Shown here one piece after another: positions 12,250-26,320 of a DNA stretch of 64,000 bases (positions are counted from its first letter, which is position 1; every line of letters starts with the position of its first letter). Location: the NCBI GenBank assembly GCA_029717555.1, contig JAMDHS010000055.1:62001-126000 (forward strand). Direction: 5' to 3'. The position numbers and the translations under genes were made by a program. The notes under the pieces were generated by a model, which was not told the origin of the DNA, did not search any database, and was given only the letters and a program-made list of their open reading frames with translations. The stretch is from Peribolospora baueri. Lineage: Eukaryota.

Positions 12250-15200
12250 TTAGGCTTCTCGCACAGGAGACACATACTCAGGCGGGTCGATGCCATACTC
12301 TTGGACGTACTAGTTGTCGGCCAAAACGAACGATCTCAAGTCAGTGCGTGCTTCCTCCTCGTAAGACGCTAAGGAGAAGCTCCATGGTAACGATGAGGGA
12401 CGACGCGCTCACCTTCTCGTGCTCGCGCTTCTTGTGTGCGTATAGGGATCGTAGTTCATGGATCCGGATTGAGACATCTGGACGGTGGCCGAGCATTTTG
12501 AGTGCGGCTTGAGCAACAGAGAAACGGTCAGCACGGTTGAGGCGAAGCATGGACCAGGGGGTCGTCGTCGTCTTGAAACGTGCGCGGCGTGGCGTAAAAT
12601 TGGTGAGCGAAACCGAAAAGAAATCCAGGTGAGTAGATGAGTGCACACGCCCATATTACACAGCCTCCCAAGCGAAAGCGAGTGGCTCACCCCTTCCTCG
12701 CGATAGCCAAGCACGTGAATGCGATGGCGGTGGACGGCTCCCTCTCGACTGAAGAGCAAGCTCTCACAGGCAGAAGGGTAGCCATGAAAATCAATGACGA
12801 CTGGCCGATTCGGAGTGAAGAGCGAGTCAAAGCTATTGGAGTCCAGTCCATGAGGATGGACACCCGGTCCGGCCAGAATCATGAGATCTGGAAAGAAGGT
12901 AATGAGATGGGGTGAACCAGAGAGCTCACTCGCGGTTAGCCCCAAGAGAAGGGAGTATAAATCCCTCACCTGTCACATTAATGACCCGGACCTTGAGCTG
13001 AGGCACGTCTTTACGGAACAGTTCAGCAGCTGCAAGGACCTCGGCCGTTGTCTCGACTCCGATGCCCACGAGCACCACATCCGGGTCCACGCCGCCGTTT
13101 GTCGAATAGCGGGGCCACACCGATGCGCCGGCAATACAGTGCTTCTCTGCCTCCTGCTCGACAAAAAAGACAAGAATATTGTTCAGTTCCACGGATAGAG
13201 GTCGAGATTCGAAGCGGAGAGGCTACCCAAGATGAAAGCTAGAAACTCGCCTCCTTCGACAACCATGTAGGCTGAGGGTTCTTGGAACCGACCATGAGGT
13301 TGACGCTGGTTGCAAAAGCGGGCCCAGAACCAGAATTCCGCCTTGAAGAACTGCTGGCTTCGCTAAAGGCTTTACAAATAACTCACTAGTTCTTCGACCT
13401 CAGGCAGTGAGCTACCGTACTGAGCCACGTGTTCGAATCGGGCGGGAAGTAGACGCGGGAGATGTCGTGGGGGAGGTTCAACAGTGTGTTGATGAGGCCT
13501 GGGCTGGGAAGGGAAAACGCACAGAGCAAGTTCTCAGCATCAACATCACCAAGATGGATCACGAAGTAGTCGACCGCCGCTCACTTTTGGTGGCTGGAAA
13601 CGGTGACGTCACGTCAGATGGGAGTTTCAGTGTTAGTAAAGTCACACACGCTACCCATGAGATCGCCCTGACACATACCTGAAGCCGTTGTGCTGAGCAT
13701 TGACAAGGGCCCAAGTGTTCGGGACACGATCAACATAAATCGCCTAGAAAGGCCAGTTGTCTTTAAAAAAACAGAAAAGACTTACCTCCTGGCGCCAAAG
13801 AGTGGACGTCTCGACGTAGCTGGGAAACGTGAAGGGTGGGCAGCCAGGCGCAATAATGCATTTGCAAGTCAGCTCGGTTACTTTGGATGAGATGTTCCGC
13901 ACATCACCTCGTTTCCTTAAGGATTGCATTTACTTTAAAGAGGGGACGCGCTTGCGCCACTTGGTCTCCTTTGACATTTTGATGAACTTTGCGTACCTGG
14001 TTAAGTACGAACAATCAGCCGACGTGCTACTATGAACATACGGCCGTGTCCGCAAAGAGGACACGAGGTCGGAAAGACTTACTGGCAGATCATGGTCGTT
14101 ACGATGGGAAGGAATGATTCGTAAGATGGGAAGAGCCCAACTCTTCCGGTGAGGGAGTAGCCCTGGAGGAAGCCCTGGAGGGTGTGCTCCGAGAGGATCT
14201 CGATAACACGCCCATCCTTATGCGCCGTCTCGGGCTAAACACATCGGAGACGAAGAACGTCCGAGGGTGGAGATTAGATAAAAAATCATCGTTACGCAAT
14301 GGGGATGTCACCGGGAAAAGAGTCTTCGAGCTACTCACGTCCCATTGGAAGTTGCGCTGTGTCTTCTCGAAAACAGCATCGAGCTTGTTCGATGAGAGCT
14401 CTTTGGAGCGGCCAGTGTCGTTCCGTCACTGCAATCAGCGAACGATCACAACAGCGAAGCAAGACAATCGATCGGGCAACTTACCATCTGGCGAAAAGAT
14501 GCGGAACGAATGCTGATTCTGTTCGACCACGCGCCTGAGATAGCTGTTTGCAGAAGAAGACAGAAGGCGGTGGAGGACTGTTAGTTTCCGCCATGATGTT
14601 CACCTGATGCTCTCGTCATACTCACGCTCCAGTTGACTTCATCGCACTGACAATCTTGGTCCGATCGACGGCGCTATCCGTCCACTCGGGAACCACGAAT
14701 TCCTCCTCCTCTCCTTCCGCGCCAGCCGCACCCAACGTCTCCGGCACCGCGCCCATCCTTCTTTCCGTCCTCTCCGGCACGATTCTCGTCACCATAGGGT
14801 CTACGAACGGCTTCGTGTCCGACTCGCCCTCGCCGCCATCAGGATGGAAGTACTTCTGGGGCTCGTAAGAACGGAGCCAGGATTCGAGCATGTTGAACTG
14901 TTTCGGGGAGGTGTGCACCTCTGGCAGCGGCACTTGATGAGACCTGTAGTTGCCCTCGAGCGGGTGCCCCTCCACTTGTTTAGGACCTCCCCAGCCCTGC
15001 AACCGCGCCGAAGTTACCGAAGAAACATGTCAGTGATTCCACTTTGGCTTCCATCCGGTCTCGGATCGAGCATGCTTCTCGTTCGATCTTAAGTGCCAGA
15101 AATCGGATAACCTTGGGGCTCCTCAACACGATCATCGGCCATCTCGGCTTGTCCTCGGGCTCGCCCGTCCTAGCCTTGCGTTGAATTTTCCTAATCTCGT

Positions 15201-16665
15201 TGTACGCCCACTCGAGCGCGCTTACGAACTCGATGTCGAAACGCTTCGAGCCCTCGGTTCCAGGCCCAGGGGAGGACTCGGACGTGGGCCCGAAGGAGAC
15301 GACGCGGACCTGTGATAAAGGAACGACCGATCACAAAGAAAGGGACAAACGAACGAGCGAACAAGTGAGTCTGGCTGACGTCATCGACACGGCCAAACCA
15401 TACATAAATCTGACCAACCTGATACCCATACCCGGTGAAGAGCGCCACAGTCTCCAAATCATCCATCGTCCCGAAGATGGTCCTCTCAGCGATCTTGTAT
15501 CCGTTGTCGTGTAGGATGGGAAGGACCATGCCAGACTCGGCGGGATCGATGTACTTGTGCGCGTGCCATGCCGTCGCCGTGGGTCCTGTCTCGGCTTCGC
15601 CGTCGCCGACCAGGCATACCGCGATCATGTCAGGCTTATCCATGACGGCGCCATAGGCAACTGAGAGGGCGTATCCCTGTTATTGTCGTCGAAAGATGGC
15701 CAAATGGGGTTAAGGCGATGTGAAAAGCGACGCGGCGCGAGACGGAAGACGAGATGGGAAAAACAACATAAGAGAGACGCGGCCCGCTTCTCTTCTCTCC
15801 AGGTGCGATAGCGCTCGGACAAACTGACCAACTCTCCGCCCTCGTGGATAGCGCCCGGAGTGTAAGCGTTGACGTGAGAAGGGAAGAAGCTGCCCGGCCA
15901 TGAGAACTCCTTGACGAAACGCTCGAAACCTAAATGGATTTGCCAATTTCCGCCAAAGGTGAGGCAGCAAGACCGTTGTGTACCATAACAGATTCAGCCA
16001 TACGATAGCATCAGTTGCGGCCGTGCAGGACAGAGAGGAGACCAGGCTCGGAACTAACCCTTAGGCTCCATAGCGCAAGAGGGATAAAATTTCTGAATAG
16101 TGCCCTCCAGATAGAGGCTGCTGAGCATCCCAGGCGCGCCGTGTCCGGGTCCGAGGACAAAAATCATCCTCCTGTCATCGTCGTCTGCCGCGCCAACGCC
16201 ATGCCTATGACGTGCGAGCTCCCGTCGCCTAAGCAAAGCGGTAGCGTGAGCGTAGACGAATATGATCCCGGGACAGGTGCCAAAGTGGCCGAGAAGACGA
16301 GGCTTGAGGTCGGACCGGGTAAGAGGACGGAGAAGGAGGGCATTGGACTGAAGGAAGATTTGGGCTACAGAGAGCTGATGAGAGAGGAGATATGGCCCGC
16401 GTCAAGGCGACGAGGGGGAGTGAACGTGAGCACGACCCGCCGTCTCGTATGAGGACCGCGTCCGTGACGCTGGTAAGCAACACGGAAACGGAGGGTCACA
16501 AGCACTCACATAGTTGGCAGCCCTCTGGAACGCCTGGATCCCCTCGATATCCAAATCCTTCTCCAGTTTGGAGACATCGGCGCTCTTGTCGAGGTCGATT
16601 TTGGCCATCAGGTCCTCCACAAGCGGAGGCAGCTGGGACGGTTTAGGAGGCGTCACAGCGTCCAT
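12250..16665 (-). CDS. xfp: Xylulose-5-phosphate/fructose-6-phosphate phosphoketolase (XFP), multi-exon
   Basis: [40 protein letters not shown] motif [38 protein letters not shown] and [15 protein letters not shown]. Ends [19 protein letters not shown]. Confidence 0.95.
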
Positions 16666-17455
16666 TTCGGCGCTCTGTAGTAAATTCTGTGGGGCCGAAG
16701 AGGAGAGAAGATGAGCTTTGTCGCTGGAGAGCCGTGGAACTCGGGCTTGCGCAGGAGGAGTAGGCAAGGACAGTAGGTGAGCGGGACGCCGAGTGCGGTG
16801 CGTTTTGTATCTGAGTGAGCCCCACGGGTAGAAGGAAGCTCAATGCGCGCCCTTGATCTTTCCCATCATCGCACCACCCCCATCCATCCATGTCTTAATC
16901 CACCTCTCACATCATCTCATCAGCCTCGTCTGGAGAAGCGTTTGTCACCACGCTCGCTGCTCGTTCGATCGACGCGACTTCACGTCGATCGATTCGGTTG
17001 CTTAGTCACCTTCCGCCGGCCTGGCTGACTGATAGCGACACCGCCGGCTTAACGCTGGCTCGTCGTACGTGCAGTCGACTACTGACTGGGTGAGGTGGCC
17101 CGGCCGGGGATGAAGGGGAAGAAAGCAGAAGCGGAAGCGGGGTAAGGCCTTTGCTTCTCCGCTGATGACGCAATCCTTCCTCTGGGCGAATGTTGCAAAC
17201 TCTGACACACATACATCGCCGCTTCGCTCATCTCACCCGCTGGCCCCGATCGAGGAGTGCGTGCGGTGTGGCTCACAACTCGCTCTCAGCATGGTGCCAG
17301 CGACTGGCTGACTTGGGGCCCCTCTGCAAGTACATCTAGGCCGTCGTCGCCTTGGAACCCTGTGCTCCTCGTTCTCCCCCTCGTTCATTTCAGCTCGTTC
17401 GAGGACGCGTTCCTAGTTGGTCTATTCTCAGGCGGCTCGTCCATCCTCAACTAAC

Positions 17456-20056
17456 ATGGCCTGCACGGACCTTCATGACGGCTCCGCGTTGGTCCTAGCG
17501 CTCAACTGCGGTTCCTCCTCCATCAAGTTCAAGAGCTTCTGTGCTGATAGCTTTCAGCACAAGCGAGGACGAGAGGAAGGAGGCAAGGTGGAAGGGCCGT
17601 TATGCGTAGCACGCGGCTCTGCGAAAGGCGTTGGAGGCAAGAAAGGCGTCAAACTCACCGTCTCAGTCTTGAAGAGCAATGGCTGGGAGGAGAAGGAGGT
17701 GAGCGAGACGAGAGTGGGGTGCATTTGATACGAGGTTGCGAGAGACATCGTCTCCTGTACTTGCCTGCGCGTTGTCCTCCCTCGCATTCTATCTTGTTTT
17801 TACGTTCCTTTAGAAAGCCCTCTCCGCTGGATGCACCCACGCCGACACGTTCTCTGAGATTGTCGACCTTTTAGAGTCCCTTTCACCCTATCAAATGTCG
17901 ACCGCCGTCGCCCCCATAGCCATCAGCCGCACCTCCATTCGAACCATATCTCACCGCATCGTCCACGGCGGCGACCCTTCTAAAAGGATATCGCCTTGGA
18001 AGGACAAGGATTATGTGCTGGTCACGAAGAACCACAAGGAGGCTTTGGGGATGATGGAGGAGTTGAGCGAGTTTGCTCCTCTACACAATCATGTGAGGTC
18101 ATATAATTCATCCTTTAGGTGGAATAGCGAGGAAGGACCGCGTGGAGAAAACGAAGGACATCGACTGATACTATGCTCTCCCTTTCGCATTTGTTTCGCG
18201 TCCATCTCTCGGGCTCTCGCGTGGTTCCTTCTCTCAGGCAGCCGTGCGGACCGTTTCAAGTGAGTCTTTGGCCGACTTAATGCCCGCCTTAGGCGTCAAC
18301 TCCTTATGCACAGACGGTGCTCAAGGCTATGCCAGCGGAGCACCCGTTCCCTTTTTCCCCTGGATTACTGACTCTAACTTTTCTGTGATGACTCTGGCCA
18401 ACTAGGCTGCCTCAATCTCCTTCCGCAGACGGCCAACGTCCTCCTCTTCGACACCACCTTCCACAAGACCATTCCCGAGCATGTCTACACCTATCCCATC
18501 CCTCCGAGCGTCATGAGGAAGGGAAACATCCCCCTCAGGAGATATGGATTTCACGGTTTGAGCTACAGGTGCGTCGGTTGACCGGGAGGTCAACGGAACG
18601 GTCCTTATCTTGCCGCCTGCGTTCAAATCGTTTGTGCGGCGCCGAACCTTCTCCCCTCATCCTAACGTCTGGTCTTCGCTCACTTCGCTCCTCTCCTCTT
18701 CCTTTTCCTTTTTGGCCTTTGTTCTCCTGTCAGCTACATTCTCAAGGCCGCCGCGAAGTACCTCAACAAGCCACCAGCGCAGACGAGCCTCATCGTGTGC
18801 CACCTCGGCGTGAGGCCCATTCTATATAGGCTCTATTGGCCAACTCCACTGTTCCCTTCCTTTCTCGCGTCGGTCAAGATGATGGCTGACTTTCAAAGAT
18901 ATCTCTCCCCCCCTTTTCATTTGGCCTTTCTCTCAACGAACACGACTATGGAAGAGCGGAGCGAGCGTGTGTGCGATTAAGGAGGGAAAATCCATCGACA
19001 CGAGCATGGGCTTGACGCCGCTGGAGGGTGAGCGAGCTGAAGGATTCGGCGGAGGCCGGTAGCAATAGCCGCTGCAATTATTTTTGGAGCAGCTTTTCGC
19101 GGAGTCATCACGAGTTTTCATCTTCTTCTCTCAGGGGAAATGTCCCTCTACGGTGTTCTCGGTCTTGCTTTTCCGAGTGCACACGTTGATCACGCTACCA
19201 TCTCTTCGGCTAAACAGGCCTCCCGGGTGTAACGCGCGCGGGAACCACAGACCCGACACTCGTGTTCCATCTCCTCCCCACCGAAGTTTCAGTGTCCGAA
19301 CCCGTCTCCTTCCACGGCAGAAAAATCACCAAGGCGGAGTATTTCCTCAACAGGAAGGCCGGCTTGCAGTCCGTCGCTGGGACGGACGATTTCAAGGAGA
19401 TCTGCAAGAGGATGCGAGGCGGCGGGGACGGAGACGATGAGGAGGGAACGAGGAAGGCCAAGCTGGCTTTTGATATTTTTGTCGACAGGGTCGTCAACTT
19501 TGTCGGCTCTTATTGTGAGGAAGCTGTCTTCAAGTTGAAGATGACCTTCATGTCGACTGGCGCGCCGCGCCTCGCTGAAAGTCTCTGTGTCCCTGTTATC
19601 GACTTACTCGCTGTCTGTTTCTCCATTCCAGACGTAAAACTCGCGCCCTCTCTCGACGCCTTGGTATTCTCGGGCGGAATAGGCGAGCATAGCCCCGACC
19701 TCCGTCGAGAGGTGTGCGCTCAGTTGGCTGCCTCAACGGGCGTACGTCTCGACGATAAAAAGAACGACGAGGCGAGTAAGGACACGGTGACTACGATTTC
19801 GAGGGGCGAAAGCAAGATCACGTGTTTGGTCTGCAAGGTGAGGAGGTGTCGTCCTTTCTTTCCACACCCGCCCCTGCACGATCGCTTCCATGGCCCGCCA
19901 GCTGGCGCGAATTGCCCGCTGATGTTCGACACACGATTTCCTCTTTTATTGATGTCTTTCCTTCTCTTTCTTCTTCGTTCATTTGACCAGACGGATGAGG
20001 AGACAGAATGTGCCGAACAAGCTCAACTGGCGTTGCATGAAAGGGAATCCGAGTGA
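17456..20056 (+). CDS. ack: Acetate kinase, multi-exon
   Basis: [67 protein letters not shown] and TDEE motifs. Confidence 0.95.
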
Positions 20057-20253
20057 AGCGATTGTCGTTCCGTTTCCACCTGACGCCGACGACGGCGGCA
20101 ACGGGCGAAGATGTTTCCGAACCGCGATCCATACATAGTCTCAATTGATTTAATTCACGCAAAAGTTCTCGATCGCTGGCGTACAGAAGAGGGAAGATAC
20201 GATGAAAGAGGAGAAAAGAAGCAGAACGATGGGCAGCCGAAGCAAGTGCCGTC

Positions 20254-23200
20254 TCAGTTCGTGTATTTGAAGAACTGCGAGTGCGAGCCGTCACAAAAGT
20301 TAAAGGCATCAGTCGACTCATCGCGCAAAAGGGCCGAAGTCAGATAAGAAGCGCCAGGCCCCGGCCCGAATGCCGACCGGACCATCAACGCACCTCGTTC
20401 TGCATGTCGGTCATATCCGCAAACGCCCTCCGGTCCCTCTCCTTTTGCACATCCTCCGGCGACCACCCGTTCCTCTCGATGAGATTGGCAATCTTCTTTT
20501 GCTTGGTCTTGTTCATGCGGACGTTGATCCACCGCATGAGGATGCACACAAAAACTTCCACGCTCAGCAGGACCAGGATGCCAATCTTGCCGGGAATGTA
20601 AGTGGGTGCGTCCGAGGGTAGGAACATCTCCGTGCCGACCATGTTGCCGACACAGAAAGCTAGCAGGTTGGGAAGAGTCAGGTGAGGCAGCACAGACGTG
20701 AAATCGGTGAATATGATTGAGGATCCAGCGGTGGAAAATAAGTGCGCGCCAACGACGAGCTCACTCACCCATCATCAGAGCAACATTGAAAGTGATCTGT
20801 CAGAGGAACAGAACGGGGGACGAACATATGGAATACTTCGTCAGATCCACGTTCCCTCCGGATGTTCCCAAGCACCGCACCATGCAATGGATGTTCTTCG
20901 TTTCACCTTCTTTGTATAACCAGCGATGTTAGAAGCGTTCCAAGCATAAATGATGCTGAGAGCTGATCCGAAGCATTGGACAATCCACATGCCAAAAAGG
21001 AGGGCGCCTTTGGGATGCTTGAGCCCTACGAGCAAGGCAGAGCCGACGATGGTGGGGAGGAGTGCAATAATGATGGGGAGCATCCGCTCGCCCTGTTGGC
21101 CAAGAAGAGAGGAAAAGGACACAAGGGGCAAGTGGGACTTACGCGTCAGCGTGCTCTGATAGACGGAGCAATGACCAGAGGCCTCACCTTGGCATCTGAA
21201 AGCCATGCGCAAATGATGGTTGTCACGCTGGCAATCGCCCCGCCTGGCGTGCCCAGGATTAGCGCATGCTTGGAGTCGTACCCAAAACTTTTGATGATGA
21301 TGGCGCTGAACTGTATTAAGCCAAGGTCAGTGCGTAGGCGGTCAGTAAATCATTTGGAGAAGGGGAGGGGAAAGATGGAATGCTCTTGATTACATTTGAC
21401 AGACCGCCGTTCGGGAGGCTCGCTGATTGGATGGCGAGGTGACATGAGACGCGGTGAGCATGGAGCTCGTGCCACGTCGACAAGAACAGAGGCTGAGGAA
21501 AGTCTATACACACTCAAAAGAGTCGTTAAGATGATCAAGTAGAACCTCGGGTCCTTGAAGGCCTCTACCACCTGGTCTATCTTGAAATGCTTGTTCTCTG
21601 TCCCACCTTGATCGTCCCGAATGCGCTCGAGCGCGGCGACGCGCTCTTCCTCGGTGAGGAATTTGGCTCGGACGGGTGAGTCGGGAAGGAAGAGAACAAT
21701 GATGATGCCTACTATAATGGCTAGCGCTCCGAGGATGATGAAAATGAGCTGGCGAGGCAGGATATGGGTCAGCACGGTAAATGAGCCAAGGAGCGGGGAG
21801 GAAGCATTGACTTACCTGCCATGTAGCAATCGAGACATGGGCGAAGCTCACGCCGTATGCGACGAATCCGCCTGAGGTTCAATACATAGAGCGAGTGAGC
21901 GACAGTCAAGAGTTTTGCAGCAGAAGAAGAATCTTACCGAACACTTGGGTGAGGCCGTTCATAACGTAAAACACTCCGATGCGGGATGCTTGTGAATGTT
22001 CCGGTGTCTGTCAGCCGTGGCTAGGGAGCAATAAATGACACATGTCGACTCGAAGCCTACCTTGCTCCTGCTTTCTATACCACATTGAAATCACGGAGAC
22101 TTGGGGTAAAGATGCACAGCGCGGACGATGTGAGATAGGCAGACGATGAGACCAGACTGAACTGAAAAAATGACTTACTTAGGATTGGCGCCACACAAGA
22201 CTCCAACATGCCTTTAAAGGGAGGCAACACGTTTCAATCCGACACGCCGTGTGTAAGACATCGTCCTCCCACGGCTCTCTTCTACACTCCCACTACCGGC
22301 CGATTTGAGCCCACTCACCGAGCAGAAAGCGCAAGGCAAGGAACGGCCCGGTCGTCTTTGCGGTGGCGTGAAGAGCGAGAACGATGCCCCAGAGAATGAT
22401 GTTCGCTCCCAGGTACTTTGCAAGAGGGAGGCGTTGGGCTGTCGACAAACGAAAGAAGGAACGAAGGCATGGACGAACGGAAGGGTAAGAAGGTCGTGGC
22501 TCGGGGGCTGAGCGCGAGCGTCCGGGGGACTTCGAGCTTGTGGTGTGACGGGGAAAGACGCGGTGGATGAAAGGCTTTCAAGCGCTCACCGATAAAGTTG
22601 GTGGGAATCTCCCAGACGAGGAAGCCCCCATCTACGCATATGGAGAGACGGTAGAAGTGTAGAAGGGTAACAATATCAACGACGTCTCAGCATGGACCGA
22701 GGTAGAGATTGTCCCTCGCTGGCGGACGAAGAACGGCTGGGTTGGACTCGCGTACGAACAGAAGATCAGGGCGGCGGAGTTGTAAGATTGGCCTGTCGTT
22801 AGAGGACAAAGACAAAGCCGAGGAGGCTTTCAGCTCTGCGCGTGCTCTCTCGTCTTCTCCGCACTCCGGAATCATGGCGTCGTGAGGGGGCACTCACCTT
22901 TGAGTGGGAGTCCCATGATCTGTAAAGTTCGAGGGACAAAGATGCCGCGGCTTATCAATGGTCAGGCGGGTCAAAAGAGTTAAAAGCGGGGAAGCACTGT
23001 TTTCAAAGAATGGCTCACGGAAGCGTAGTTGAGACTGGTCTTATCTAAGAACTGGCAAAAGTAGACCATGGCGCACAGCGGGGGGATTCTCCAGTCGATC
23101 TTCCTCCTCAGCTTGCGATTGTACTCGTCGCTGAACACATGTTCCCTCGTGGTACCGACCAGACGGAGAGCCTCGTCTCCGTCGTGGGTCGTGAGATGCA

Positions 23201-23414
23201 GCGTCTGAGGAGCTGTGCCGCGCGGTGCGTCCACGTCGTCCTTTCCGTCTTGGCTCGTAACCTTTTCCGGGTCGCCGAGACTCGACGTGTGGGCACCGGC
23301 GGCGTCGGCATTGTTAGGCACGGATGGAGCGGCAGAGACGACTCGAGCGGCAGGGGCAAAGGCGCCAAGGGACTCCTTCTTCTCGAGTGCGGGAGAGCCG
23401 GGTGAGGAAGACAT
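20254..23414 (-). CDS. MFS transporter, allantoate permease (DAL5-like, anion:cation symporter family)
   Basis: LRRKIDWRIPPL...QFLDKTSLNYAS, FLPDSPVRAKFLTEEER, SNIAGYTKK and FADMTDMQNE|FFKYTN-stop. Substrate not determinable. Confidence 0.88.
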
Positions 23415-25600
23415 GGTGGATAAAGGATCGGCTGCTAGTCCTGTTGAGACGTGAGGAACAATCTGAACTGCAACCACGCTGACGGCGAGTAGAGGTGGAG
23501 ATTGATCGGGCCTCAAGCTTTCCAGTTGCTGGGTAGCTGGACGGTGGGAAAAGGGGAAGGGTGAGCGAGGGGTGACACTGAGGTGGTGGGGACGGGTCGG
23601 ACGAGGAGGTCATATATGCTCGCTTCTGCCTCTCCACCCTGCTGGCTCGGTGTTCTTGTCAAGAGAAAGCAGAGCCTGGATGATGAGCAGCGAGCAAGCT
23701 CGGCTACGGTGTGGGGGGATTAAGAGTCGGACCGGTGGCGCCGCACGTCCTGCGCGCCATAGTGTACTGTGGTGCCCGAGTCGCTTTTTCGGATAACGAC
23801 GCGACCAAGGAACTGGAACGGAGGAAGATGCGTCGGGCGTCGCAGAAGACGAGATAAGCGACCCTTCCCTGGCGAGCGGAGATACGGTTCTGGCAATGTC
23901 AGCGCCTCCCCGCCAGCTTTCGACGCCCACCCTGCGTTGCTTGCGGGGAGTCGCACCGAGAAGTGATCACGCGCAAGGAAGGCAGCTTCGATACGCTTGT
24001 TTGAGACTTCATCGGCCAACAACGTACCTCACCATCCCTCCCCAGTTCCTAGACACTCTGCGCGATACCGATCATTACACTCAGGTAGAAGGCCGTATGT
24101 AATGCGAGCCCGTCCTTGTGGTGGCGATCCATGGGATGCAGAACTTGCTGGATCTATCGTATCCACTCTTATCTAATGGGTCGCCAGCCGTGGCTTGCGG
24201 CATGTGCCGTCACTGCTGCGGCAGCATATGCCCGATAATCCAGTGCGGGGAGGTGACAGGATAAAGTCACTCGGAGGGGGCCTAGCTAGATAGATGAAAC
24301 GGAAAGCAACTCCAGCAGCTTTGCTACCCGTAGTATCGCCATCATAAAAGGGATGTACAAGGCCCACCGGTTAGTAGGAGCTTACAGGACTTGGTTGTGT
24401 AGCGTAACCGACTGTTCGCTTTGTAGCCACACGTACAGTATATACATACGCACTTACATGCTCCACATCGCGCAACGCCAAACCTCCTCGCCGGCCGCGT
24501 CCCCTTCCTCCGGCTTCTACACCCTGCCGAGCTCGCAGCTCGTCGCCTTGCACCCGTCTCGGCAGAACGCCGCTCCGGCGACAGATAGGCTTGTCCCTGC
24601 GCTCTCCCGTCGGTCTTGATGAATTTGCACGTAGTCCGCTGAAACGACGCCAACATCTTCTCTCATTCCAACTTCCCTCCCCCGCGCTGCGCAAGAGGAG
24701 TACGGAAGTAGCTCGCCTATCGAGCGATCGCTGGGGTGATTCTTTCCGCCAGCGTTCGAGCCCAAAACTAAGCTCATGTATATTACGTCGACTCCTCTCT
24801 CTCCTTATCGGCCCTGGCGATGCGTAGGATAAGGAATCGCGCTTGGTGGCCTCGAATCGTTGTAAGTTGTGACGCCGCCATTCTACACTCTCGCATAGTT
24901 GGGCGCGAGCTTTGCACCCAACTCATGCCCATTTTCCTTTCTGTCCTCTTCACGTCCTTTTTCTGTGCCGTTATCGGCCTTCGTCCGCATGACAGCGAAG
25001 TACCAAATGGCGACCGACCTGAAACCCGTGGTCGTAGGCCGAGAGAAAGCGGGCGCACAGCTCCCTCCACGCATCTCAAGGTGGACTGACGAACCTGTAT
25101 AGCCTGTCCGCTAAGCCAACACCGTGTTTTCGGCTTTCCGACAAGGACGGAAAACGTCTGATGCTTCGATTGCGACCTCGCGTCCGTGACAACATTTCCT
25201 CGCCAGTTATCCGTCCCTTCCAACCACGATTTGCCGAGATAGAGTGCACTTGTGGAAAATAGTCGTCCACTCTATGCCTTGATGCTGCCCAACGCCGCTC
25301 ATGCCAGCGGCATCCGAATTGAGCCAGGTTTTTGCCATAAAGTCTGTGCATGCATACATGCAAATTGCAAAGTACGCTTTAGCAACCCGTCGAGCGCCGT
25401 TCCACCGATCAGCCAATTGGGCCGCAACCTCCTTCCAAGGTTGCTGAAGAGCCTAATATCTTGCTCCACTGTCCCTCAAACCCTGCAGGGTACAGCTTCG
25501 CTGAGGCACGTTTTCAGGTGGTTCGGTCCGCTTGTGCTTCGCTCTCGGCGTACTGAGCGAGACTCTTCACTCTTCAGGCCGTACGTTACGTACAGACCTG

Positions 25601-26041
25601 TCAAGAAGTAGCAAAGTACATGGCGCGACTGACGGCGCCGATGGGGAGGTCGTGAATCTCGTCGTCATACCCTTCTAACGACGGAGGGGCCTGATGAGAG
25701 AGGCTAGGAGGAGGGTAGGACCTTGACGGCGTCCGGAGGCAGGGCACGTTCGCATGCGAGTCGGTAATGGTTCGCAACGAGTCGAGAGGCGGAGTGCCAT
25801 AAAGAGCCAAGGAAATGTAGGCAAAGTATATGGTGAGAATAAGGACGAGAGACCAGGCTGGGATGAGGAGAGCCCACTCCCTGTCCGGGTACCACTCCAC
25901 GCCGAGCGCTACAAGCGTCTCGTCGGGCAGAGAGGCCCAGAGGACGTAGAGCACCGCGATGACCGTCACAGCGATGGAGCCTGCAAATCCGAATACCTCT
26001 CCAGCGTTGGGATAAGGCGTTGTGTTGCCATCGGTGGACAT
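25601..26041 (-). CDS. GPI19: GPI-GlcNAc transferase subunit PIG-P
   Basis: Intronless ORF with EVFGF...LYVLWA..LP...LGVEWYPDREWALLIP...TPPLDSLRTITD...DLPIGAVSRAMY, the PIG-P family pattern. Confidence 0.88.
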   Translation of the reverse strand: MSTDGNTTPYPNAGEVFGFAGSIAVTVIAVLYVLWASLPDETLVALGVEWYPDREWALLIPAWSLVLILTIYFAYISLALYGTPPLDSLRTITDSHANVPCLRTPSRSYPPPSLSHQAPPSLEGYDDEIHDLPIGAVSRAMYFATS

Positions 26042-26320
26042 TGCTTCGATTGCGGAGGGAGAGGCCGTTGCGAACAAGTAGTGGCTGTCGGCGCCGATTG
26101 CGGTGCGAGAGGGCGACGGAGAGGAAAAGACGTGCGCGCGACTGCCGCCCAGAGCCCCTCAACTCCAAGACTCAGCAAAGTCTGGGGGCAGCAAGACCTG
26201 AGGTATAGTCCTGAAAGACCAATGTCAACGACCTTTGCCACGATCGTCGGTCGCTCAGCCAGTTTGCGTTCTCTAGCCCTGAAGTGAGAGAAACCTGGCC
26301 ACTAAGCCGTTGGGAAAACT

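Noticed and set aside
20254..23414. MFS transporter as a third member of the XFP/ACK cluster
   Set aside because: It is an allantoate-permease-type transporter, convergent with ACK, and nothing links its substrate to the pathway.
23500..25600. Short overlapping ORFs between the MFS gene and GPI19
   Set aside because: No recognisable motifs or consistent exon structure; such ORFs are expected by chance in GC-rich DNA.
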